A stretch of DNA of 64,000 nucleotides. It comes from Eledone cirrhosa. Taxonomy: Eukaryota. Of this stretch, positions 52,805-64,000 are shown one piece after another. Under the pieces are notes generated by a model. It worked only from the letters and a program-made list of their open reading frames with translations, searched no databases and had not been told where the DNA came from. Positions within the stretch are counted from its first letter, which is position 1; each line of letters opens with the position of its first letter. The stretch lies in contig OZ024742.1 of the NCBI GenBank assembly GCA_964016885.1, positions 97,960,001 through 98,024,000 of the forward strand. The letters run 5' to 3'. Position numbers and translations under genes: made by a program.

Positions 52805-54975
52805 GGACATTATTAATATTATTATTATTATTATTCTCTACATTCCTTACATTAAACTAAAACTATGTTGACAATATTTTAATAATGTCTTCCTTGTGAA
52901 ATTTGTGGTCTTGTTTAGCTTAACTAATGAATATTTCCAGCTCTGTGCACCTAACCTCTGCATGAACCCAGCCACCTAGCTATACAAAAAAAAAACACCC
53001 ACCAAACATGCAATTGGCAGTGGAGATCTAGACACTTATGTTGACCCTTTCCCTTCTACCAAGTAACCATATCTTTTCAGGGAAATCTAAAACAGTAAAT
53101 GTACCAGGGATACAGTAAACCGCAAGCATGCACCTAAAACGCATATGGCCTGAATGAATCATTACATTCTGCAATATCTATGGCTACTGTCTAATTCCAA
53201 GTATCTGGAACCTGGGAAAATATATGTATGTATGAACCCATAACTGTATATAGACTCTTGGATATTTTAAACCTGGCGGAACCTATTCTCTCTCAAGGTT
53301 TTGAACACAACCGATTTCTTCCGGAGAAGGAGAGAGATTGATAGTGAGGAATTGAGAAAGAATTACACAAGCAGAATCAACTTGTGTTGATTTTACCTGA
53401 GTGAATTCTAAACACAGAGCACAATTGTAATGAATGACGCAACGCATTTTATATGACGTTGTTCTGGGTCTTTTAATTAGTTGTCTACCCCAAAACTGAA
53501 AATAGTACTAAAGCCTAAGAAACTTCCAAAGTAAATAACATTATAGAGACTGAGATCACTCTACATTGTACACCCGAAGAAAATCTTGACAAACAAATCT
53601 TTAACAGCCCTCATTTCCACATCACAACAAATCCCAATACGTCGACCTCTCACAAAGATAGTAGATGATGACGTCAATAACAAATATTTTGATATTTATG
53701 TATACAAAAAATACACGGCATCGTTTTAGTAAAACAACAAATATTCACGGCTAGCAAATTACCCGTTGGTTTTATAAACCTCTTTATCGTGCCAGAACAA
53801 CGCTTCCAGAATTTACAGTTTACGGAATGGAAGACCACCGGGATTTCGCTTCTTGTCAACTCATTTCGGCTTATATTCAAACGATCTTCCCTCACCTTAA
53901 ATCAATTATATTCAAAACGTTGTTGTACAACTAATACATCCATAAAGCAACAGACTTAAAATAGACCCTAGCGAATTATCAGCGATATTAAATAACAGAT
54001 AATAAAATGAGCCTTCACATTAAAAAACATGAACATATCATACACACAAAAGGAGAAAAAATACGTGAAATTTTATATAATACATCCACAACACTCACAA
54101 GATATATAGTTAAGTAAGTGAGGCTGCAACACTTCCACTATACTCGCCTAGTCTCTAGTCTTAATTTTATTTGCGCTGATCAATGGAGAAGAAACACTGG
54201 CATACAGTTTTATATTTACATTCTGTGGGTAATGATCATTCTGTTTTGTAATGTCTCTCCCATTTCACATTCGTTTGGGTCTAGAGTTGGACCGATGTCT
54301 AATAATTTTGCCTTATTATATTAACATACGATGAATTGTTGGTGTTTGTTGTGATTTTCTCATTGTCATTTAAGTTTGTATTTTTACAACTTCTCGGTTT
54401 TATGTTTGTCAAATAGCAGCTGGCGATGTTTACAACTGCGTCTATTCGTTTAATTGCCATCTTTTCTGTTTATCTTATTCTAATCTTTTTTTTTTTCTAT
54501 GTATTCAAACATTGGAGTGGTGGTAGGTATTTGCTGCCATCTCCGTTATGGCTAACACCTCATACTGCTACCCTAGAGGAAGCCAGTCATATTGCATCTC
54601 TGATAAACAAATTAAAGTGGATGTTTGCAGAAATATGTGTACACAACGAGAATGTCTAATGTTTGATAGTTATTCGTTGGAAAAAACGAAAATATGAACA
54701 CGTTTTGTCATCAGGTAATCATGGAAGAAAATATCTTCTAAGCAGAGCTCTGTGAAAACGTGACTTTTCATGGCAAACAGCAGCGACAACATCACCCATA
54801 ATATGTTAATAATAATATATGAATATATATATGTATTTCATAATTTTCCACGTATATGTTAGTCTTTCATACACACACACACATAAGTGTATGTATGTAT
54901 GTATATATATATATTTGTTTGTTTAGTTAATCATTTATTCATTTATTTGTGAGTACGCACACTCACAATAGGGTA

Positions 54976-55019
<44 letters not shown>

Positions 55020-55051
55020 TATATATATATAAATCTGTATATATGTATATA

Positions 55052-55136
<85 letters not shown>

Positions 55137-55468
55137 ACATATATATATATATATTATATATATATAATTTATAACACATAATGGAATATGTTTTATAGAT
55201 TGCAAACATTATCTGGTAAACAAATCTCTATACTTATTGCAGGAGGATAATGTATTTTATATCAATTAGTGGGAGTTATTCAGTTTCTTTTAAGACATGA
55301 TTCACGTAATGAATTAACTGCCAGTAATTAATACTCATATACCCATATACATATTCAAACATATTTAAATACTATTTAAATACATACACACACACACGCA
55401 TACACACACATACACGCGCGCGCGCACACACTCACACGAACCCACACACTCACACATAGACACACACA

Positions 55469-55584
<116 letters not shown>

Positions 55585-56063
55585 CATTCATAGTTTTGCA
55601 TATGTCTATCTCCATATATATGTGTGTGTGTGTGGGGGGTGTGGTGTATTTAATATATATTGGTACCTTGATAAAGTTATATGTTGATTGCTTTTTTCGT
55701 ACGACGCATCGAGGCCTTTGCATGATTTGAAATGTTGAAATCTAAACAATTGCTACTATAATAATAGCGATATGAAATGCAATAAAATATCATTAGAGGC
55801 AGAAGAATCCTAATCCGTCTTATGAATGCCGACCATATGTATATATGTATAAATGCATTATATGTAGTTTCTATGAATGAATTATATGTAGTTTCGAACA
55901 GAACCTGTAATGATCTGCTGCATGGCGTAAATGTAATGTACTTGCCTGGAATTCAAGAGATATAGAGTTCGCGGACCTTTAGTCTCTTCCGGCTACTTAT
56001 TTTCTGACCCGATTGTCTAACGTTATTATTATTGTAGCGAATCTGCTCGGAATTAAACTTTAC

Positions 56064-56156
<93 letters not shown>

Positions 56157-56229
56157 TATAGATATATATATATATAATAATAATAACATGTGGAGAGGAG
56201 GCACACGAGTTAGGATATATATATATATA

Positions 56230-57350
56230 TGAAAACAATGAGGTATTCGACACCATCCTCCAGAACATTCCTTTACTAAAAAGAGACCCAAGAATGAACA
56301 ATATCCTCCAAACACACAACATCATACAGAGCAAAGGACAACCCAAATCCATGTAAAAACATCCTCACACAAGCCAAAATCCAACAAACCCTCACAATAA
56401 ACCCTACAGTAACAAAATGCGGAAGGCCCAACTGTGGCATTTTAAACAAGGACAACGTTTCACAGTTAAACACAACTTTACATGTGCATCTGAAAACCTT
56501 ATCTATGTTTTGACATGCTCAGGTTGTCAAGAGCACTACATAGGACAGACAAAAAACAGCCTCCGTCAACGTATGACCGTCCATAAATCACAAATTAAAA
56601 TACAGGAATACAGAAAGATTGCATTTAGTGAACATATCGCCAATTGTACTCTCAACCAACATCCAAACTTTAAAATTTTCCCCATTTACAAATTCATAGA
56701 CAACGCTAGTTTCATCCAACGCACCAATAAGGAAACATATTTCATTAATACATTTCAACCACTACTCAATGCCCTAAAAATCGGACCAATTTAAAACTGC
56801 AACAAACCATCAAACATTTACAAGAGTTACCTCCCTCACACCCTACCTAATCCTTTTTCTTAAATAAATTAAATATCACTAAGCAAGAATTGCTTCCCCC
56901 TGTATATTAACTCTCTAAAAAGGGAAATCATATCAAACCACAATCCAGCATTTACCTCCTTCACGGAACCATGGTTCAACCAAGCATTCTTGCGATATTA
57001 ACACATTTTGAACTGCTTAACTTCAATGACTGCGCTTGTAAATAACATTATTTTTTCTCCCACATTGACTTTTTACGTTCCACATTATGCACGTTTTTTT
57101 TCCTTTTTCTTTTTTCTTTTCACTTCTTAAACCTTATTTGTATATAACATTATTCTTTCTGCACCTTCTGTTTAACATGTGCGACACCACACTAATACAT
57201 TTCACTATCATTTGATAATGCATATAAATGCAGAAACCGGTAATAGACAATAATTAAATATATAAATAGATAAATAAATGCCATTGTTTAATAATAAATA
57301 AATCAACTAATACCTTAACACTTCACACAAAGTAAAACATTTCGTTTTAA
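56230..57350 (+). mobile_element. PLE 3' fragment (GIY-YIG, 3' UTR, HHR)
   Basis: ORF 56417-56794: FTCASENLIYVLTCSGCQEHYIGQTKNSLRQRMTVH..E.YFINTFQPLLN. HHR-like motif at 57205-57246: ctat-cat-TTGATAA-tgcat-ataa-atgca-GAAA-ccgg-TA-atag. Confidence 0.88.
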
Positions 57351-57649
57351 TCATTTTCTAACCCAGAAAAGAGAGAGAGAGAAACAAAAAAAATGAAAAA
57401 AATATATGTTTCTTCCTCATAATCGTCTCTTTCTCCCTGTTTTCATATATATATATATATATACGTATATAGATATAGAAAGAGAAAGAGAGAGCTGTAC
57501 GAGAGCCTCTCGAAAGTAATACAGAGGAGACTGAGGTTAGCTGGACATGGCAGCGATGATGAAGAACAGAGACCACTGGAGAGACTCGTTCACGGGTCTC
57601 AGATAATTTTACCCGCCCTATATATATGTATATATATATATATATATTT

Positions 57650-58683
57650 CAAAAATTTAATTAACGGCATCAATAACACATGCAATTCACAATGGAATAC
57701 AGCCAAGTCAACTCCCATTTCTGGACATCTTAATCATAAAAAACCCACAAATATTGAAATTGACATACACTACAAACCAACAAATTCTAAACAATACCTG
57801 TTATTCACCTCCAAACATCCAAAACACACGAAGACAAACATCCCTTTTAACCTAACAAGAAGAATTTGCTCAATTGTCTCCAATTAGGAAACGCGAAATA
57901 AAAGACTTCAAGAATTAAAGGAAATTCTGCTCGAAAGACAGTACCAGTATTACTAATAAATAATGGAAGAGAAAAGGCTAAAGCAATAAGCATTGATGAA
58001 TTACGAAAAGAGAAACAAATTCAAGGTACGTCCAATATTCTATCATATATCTCAACACATAACCCAAGAAATGCGGAAGCTTACAACATTATTCACAAGA
58101 ACATCCCACTATTGAAACAAGACCAAAAATGAAAAAAAGCCCTTGAAATACACAAGATAATCAAAACCAAAAGACAACCGAAATCACTAAAATCATTACT
58201 CACCAATGCCAAATTAACTACCACAAACCCAAACCAACTGTCAAAAAGTGTGGTCACTCTAATTGTGGAACCTGCACTCACCTCATTGAAGGCAACATTT
58301 CAATCAGGACACAATTTTGTTGTTAAAAATCACTTCATTTGCACATCAAAAAATGTAATTTATGCCATTAAATGTAAAGGATGCAATGAAGATTATATAG
58401 GAAAAACTAAACTCACACTCAGAAACAGAATGATAATTCATCGCCAACAATTACGAGACCCTACCACAAGACAGATACCACTCAGTGCACATCTAGACAT
58501 AGGTTTATTCAAAAATATGTTTATTCAAAAATATGTTTATTCAAAAATATGTTTATTCAAATATATGTTTATTCAAAAATATGTTTATTCAAAAATATGT
58601 TTATTCAAAAATATAGACCAGCATTAAATATAGTTTATTATACATTATGTTAACACCATAACATGCTAACCATCCAAAAAGAC

Positions 58684-58722
<39 letters not shown>

Positions 58723-59345
58723 ACACCTTCTATATTCGAAAATAAAAACCAGAGCTAAATAAACCTTAACATACGTTAATACTCTAACACCTTAACATGC
58801 TAACTATACCCCTCACACACACATAATTCCCTCCTCCATTTCTACTAACGGAATCATTTTCCTACACATGCGCACACAAATATATATTCTCCCCATCTTA
58901 ACATGCTAACAATACTCCCACACACACATATAACACCCATACACACACATACCCCCCCCCACTTCTGCTAATAGAATCAGTTTCCTACACACACACATGC
59001 ACACACACACACCCACACCCACATATATACACACACACACACACACACCAGCACACAAATAAACATACATCTCTCTACTTTTATTTTAATAGAAAGTCTG
59101 AATTTTCACTCCTCTGCACATCCGCCATACTCACTGAACCAGAACAATTCTTCTCATCCCTTTTTTCTTGACAATTATCTTTTGTTTGGCACAAAATTCT
59201 CTAAATGGCTACAAAAAAATTTCCAAATACGGACGCGCAATTTAATGTACTTGTTCACGTGACAGTCATAATTTCATTTATAACCAATCAAATTACATTT
59301 ATAAAAAAAACCTTTGAGGCACTTTTTTAAGTAAAAAGAAACTCA
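57650..59345 (+). mobile_element. PLE fragment, same family as 30456-32640
   Basis: PFLDILI, HYKPTNSKQYLLFTSKHP, IPFNL.RRIC, NVIYAIKCKGCNEDYIGKT. 3' UTR homologous to 31540-32320. Confidence 0.88.
58503..58614 (+). repeat. 16-bp minisatellite x7 (GTTTATTCAAAAATAT)
   Basis: Directly visible; single copy in the paralog at 31499-31514. Confidence 0.9.
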
Positions 59346-60904
59346 AAATATTATTTTATCTTGGATATATTAAGCATAGCTCTCTGTTCAGTACCTGATC
59401 ATGTTTTCTGTTTAAACGTGGGCCTATAGATTTCTGTTCATTGGCTGCTTTAATCTTAAAACACTTGGTCTAATTTAAAACATTGGAAGCAAGAAAAACT
59501 CACATGGTAAGGGGAATAGTCGATACAGATTGATACCAGTGTGGTGGCGGGCGAAGTTCAAATACAAAGGGCTGGAAGGAATACGGCAGGATGCTTTAAA
59601 AGGATGCTGGATGCTTTAATAATTTTGCCCAGCAACTGTTCTGGACATTGTGTGTATATATTTATCGATCCCGAAGACATGATGGTCTAAATGGACTACA
59701 CTGAGATTTTAACTCCAATCGCAGAGACCCAATACATATAGAGTTAAGCATTTAAAACCAATATTCTAATGACGCTACCAGTTTGTCAGTAATAGAATTT
59801 AAAAGAACACTCAACAAATTGTGAATGTTCTTTACCTCAGAGGACACGAATTGTAGCTATGTATGAGATTTCGACAAAAAGATAGTTTGAACTGTTAACA
59901 CTTGAATGTCTGAACTATGACTACAATCATGCATTTGGAAATTATATAAAATATAAAGCTTTTAGCTTGTCAGCATATATTCTATAAACATACAAATCAT
60001 GTCTCAACTTAAGAATATGACAAGTGAGAAAAAACAAATTCAGCTAATCGAGCCTATCATCACAATTTCAAGACGTGTTCAGTTCATGAGCAGCAAGCAA
60101 GAGAAAACCTCGATAACTTGAGCTTATCTAAAACTTTTCGAACAAAGCTTATTTTAGACAAAAGAATGAAGCTTGTCTACAAGCGAAATGGGTGAAAGCA
60201 ACGGACATCCTTCAACCTTATTATATCTCTTCTGTAAAGCATATTTCCATGAAAATTTAACAAAACTAGAGTAGGATCAACTATATGTATAGGAAAGAAA
60301 AAGTCTACACATGGATAACATTGAATCTTGCACAGGAAACTTTATGCGTATGGAAAATCTTATTGATATTTTTAACTAGCTTTGAGAAAATCCACTTACA
60401 ATATACATACACGCATGAGTAACTGACCTAAACCATTGATATTAATGATTCCTACCAAACCTATTACAGACAATGTAATTTTACACGACCCACGAGAGAA
60501 TCCACAGAATTGCAGTATTTCTAAGCTGTCAACAGAACATTTACAACACCCTGTTGAAATATTCGATGAAAGTGTTTCAACAGAAGAAGTTTCAGTGTAT
60601 ATGTATATCAAATACAATCTAATCTAGCGAATGCACTAAAACATGATATAAAACAGACACACAAAAAGAGAAGCAGAAATATGGTTAAAACTGATTAAAA
60701 ATGGTAAAAAGGTCAACAGCAGAATATATAATATGTATGTATAATATCATATATCATATATCGTAGAGTTCTTGGAATGTTATTGATTCTACACTGGAAT
60801 ATCGCTTGTGTTGGGTGCATATAGAGTTTCATTTTCCCACTAATGGCATTAGATAGAGGTGAAAATAATTGCTTGCTATCTCGTTATATTCCTTATGAAA
60901 ACGA

Positions 60905-61125
60905 TGTGATGATTGTGATAATTATGATGGTAATGTTTGTGGTGGTGATGATGGCGTTGATGATGCTGTTCATACTGAGGATAATGGTGATAACGTTGCT
61001 AGTGATAGTGGTGGTTACACTAAATATTATGATAATGATAATGATGATAATAATGATGACGATGATGATGTATATGAGCATTATGGAGATGATGATGACG
61101 ATGATGATGAGGATGATGATAATAT
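60905..61125. repeat. Degenerate (GAT)n trinucleotide tract
   Basis: ATGATG/ATAATG/GTGATG runs; the overlapping ORFs are spurious. Confidence 0.8.
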
Positions 61126-61676
61126 TGGTATATAATCAGACACATGACTTCGTCTATGTATTTCATAGCCATTTATTTCCATTTAAATCATATTGTCAAA
61201 CGGTGTGATACTGTGCAGATCGAGTTAGATATTTTGTTGTTATCGTAATAGACAAGAATAATGTGAAACTCTCCCCATGGTAATATTAGTAATATTATAT
61301 GCTCAACGGAATGAAATGCTGGTAAATTGGTAGATATAGACACTAGTAGAGAATGATTATTCAATCTCTTTTTATATTTCCTCTGTAAGTTCAAAACTGA
61401 CCGACGTACAGTTTTTATCTCACCCCATACAGGTTAATAAAATAAGTAGTTGACTTTTCTCTGAGTATTTGTTGTTATTGCTGTATTTTGTATAAGGTTC
61501 CCACGTTGTATATACTATTGGGTCGTTGCCTTTCAAAATCAAACAAATGCCACTCTGAAACAATATTTATTTCGTATAATATTTAGTGTTGATGGCAAAC
61601 TCAGTTGAATCGTACGTGTTGGTAACGTGCAAAGGTAACATTGGTACATTTCATTATATTTACAAACACATATCTA

Positions 61677-61730
<54 letters not shown>

Positions 61731-63402
61731 CACGCACGCACGCGCGCGCACACGCATACACACATACTTATATATGAGTTGAGATGAGCGGGTGCATGTG
61801 TGTATGTATATACGCTCAAAAATGTTTTCGCTTGTGTAAATTATAATACATCGATACAATTTAAAGCAATAAAGCATTGTTGATCACTTGAATAAAAAAT
61901 ATAAAATTAAAACTTTGTTTATAAATTGATGCTCGCGCTTTCGTCGTTCACAAGACCTATCAAGATGTAAAGATATTTGTTATGTAAACAGCCAAACCGG
62001 ATCTTCACTATGAACATTTTCGCATATTTGTATATACCAATTTATATTAACATATATTTTTTACATTACTAAACGATTTAATGAGCGTTAATGCGCTCAG
62101 CTCAATCAGATACGATCTTTATATTAGGTCGATCAACCCTGTAGTGGTTCTGTCCTTGGCCCGTTTGTTTTTGTTATGAATACAATATATTATCCGCCAG
62201 AACTTCGCCTTTGACCAGTACTTTATTACTGAGCGCCGAAGATATGACCGGACGAATTGATATACATTTTGACTGCAGAATACCGAAAATAGACTATTAC
62301 ATTTCAACCTATGTTTGTACAAATCTGCCAATGATGTTTCTCTCTGGTAGATGGTGTGTTTATATGGAATCGTAAATATGTATTGCGTTGTAGAGGGAAA
62401 TTCATGCTACACAGTCTTGGGAATCTAAACCTGTTGGATCGCATCCCATTTCCAGGTCTGAACACAATCGATTTCTCCCAGGGAAGGAGAAAGATAGAGA
62501 GTGATAGAGAAGGGATTAGAAAGAGATAAGGAGGAAGAATTCACTCAAATACTGTAACCGTACATTTTATCTACTAAGCAAGAAGGGAATCAAAGCCGAC
62601 CTCTGTGGGATTTGATCTCAGAGAGCGCAATGAGCCGGGAATCGTAATACATTTATTCCAGCTCTAACAACTTTGCAAATTCACCACGTCTTTTGCTCTG
62701 TTACTGTTACTGTTCAATAAAAAAAAAATGCCATAGAAACGTAAGCCAGTTCCTACTGGAAAGATATCTGTGATTTAGGTTACATTCTAATTTAAAGTTA
62801 TAGGTATTTTCAGTTCCATCATACCTCAAAAGACTTTGAGGAAATGCATAAATATCATATAATAGAATTTCCTATTATATAAGCACATTAACTATGTGCT
62901 TATGCGTCTATGTGAATATCAATGTGTGTAACTATTTAAAAAAGAGATCAATATTATGTAAATATTGAAAATATAACTGAAAGTATTCAGAGTTTTATGT
63001 TATTCAATAGAATACCCACCACCATGCAAAAAATATCAGAGCGATTTTTAAGGAAAATGTCACACATTTTATTTTATTTTAAACTTATTTCTTTTCAAAA
63101 TTCCCCTATAGATAAATTAGAAAAAGTATAAACTTATATAACGTAAAACCATAGCTATATTTAACTATATACATATATATATATAAATGATGTATAATTA
63201 TATATGTATTTTTATGTTTATAAAATGTATGTCTATGCACATCTATACAAAGTAAGTAATTTTATGAATATCAATATATATGTTTGTTTGTTATATATAC
63301 ATACATATATATGTACACGGCAACACATATATATATATATATATTTCTATGTTTGTGTGCCTCTCTTCCACTTTCTATATCGCTCTTCTTCTCTCATATC
63401 AA

Positions 63403-63489
<87 letters not shown>

Positions 63490-63602
63490 GATATATTCAA
63501 TGTAAGTACAGCTACTGTTTTTGAATTAAACACCTTCGAAGTGAAATGAACGAAGTACAAGCACATTTTTCCCGCTTCCTACTGTACAAAGAAATTCGTA
63601 AG

Positions 63603-63652
63603 ATATTATCTGAGCTCATTTCAGAGATTATTGTCTCCTCATCAGAAAATAC
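63603..63652 (-). ncRNA. Isolated decayed hammerhead
   Basis: Minus strand: gtatttt-CTGATGA-ggaga-caataa-tctct-GAAA-tgagctca-GA-taatat. Palindromic stem III, but the UH site is mutated. Confidence 0.5.
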
Positions 63653-63869
63653 CTTCCAGTATAGTTTCACACACAGAAATAAGTAGTCTCACTGTAATTT
63701 TTATCAAACAACATGTAGTCTAATTTGAATTTCACATACATAGTCAGAGCGTAGATATTGAAAGTTAAGATTCACTGAAAGAGATTGCGTAGCAAAGAAA
63801 GAAGGCGAAAAATATATATATTAGTCTGAAAGGTAAATGGAGAAGAAGCAGAGTGAAAATAAGATATGT

Positions 63870-64000
63870 CAGTATGATGCAAAGTTACGGCATATATTAC
63901 GGCCCTTTACATTCTGAGATCAAATCCTGCTGAGGTTGGATTTGCCTTACGAGGTCGAAAAAGTAAAGCACCAGTAACGCAATGGGGTCGATCTAATCGA
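63870..64000 (+). mobile_element. tRNA-derived SINE (degenerate, runs off window end)
   Basis: TTCTGAGATCAAATCCTGCTGAGG..TTTGCCTT..GGTCGAAAAAGTAAAGCACCAG resembles the family consensus. Confidence 0.55.

Larger units (their letters stand above)
52210..52935. mobile_element. Non-coding inverted-repeat element with hammerhead; SINE in the left arm
   Basis: 52210-52320 plus 52500-52608 is the reverse complement of 52716-52935. Confidence 0.8.

Noticed and set aside
53440-54120. Possible very old PLE remnant (SLHIKKHE-like tail)
   Set aside because: Single weak motif, no sustained reading frame.
62119-62331. 70-aa minus-strand ORF
   Set aside because: No recognisable domain, no ATG start and no convincing splice donor.

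Overview
AT-rich eukaryotic (animal) DNA, dense in (TA)n/(CA)n microsatellites. The repeat content resembles a cephalopod (octopus-like) genome, which is inference only. No intact host gene is evident and most of the supplied ORF track is microsatellite noise. The window is dominated by decayed Penelope-like retroelements (PLEs; RT plus C-terminal GIY-YIG), most with inverted (head-to-head) ends and sitting in (TA)n tracts. It also holds one rearranged Ty3/Gypsy LTR element with a tRNA-Trp PBS, several tRNA-derived SINEs and LINE scraps. The main hidden signal is RNA structure: by eye I find more than 30 type I hammerhead ribozyme (HHR) motifs in about a dozen sequence families. The centrepiece is a train of non-coding HHR elements at 45.2-52.9 kb separated only by (TA)n. 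It includes a near-perfect 310-bp tandem array (12 intact HHRs, internal inversion, highly structured monomer: a retrozyme-like, putative circular-RNA-derived insertion) and a 591-bp tandem HHR repeat. Four unrelated families carry the compensatory core variant U3:A8 (UUGANAA instead of CUGANGA). Three families have long inserts in stem II.
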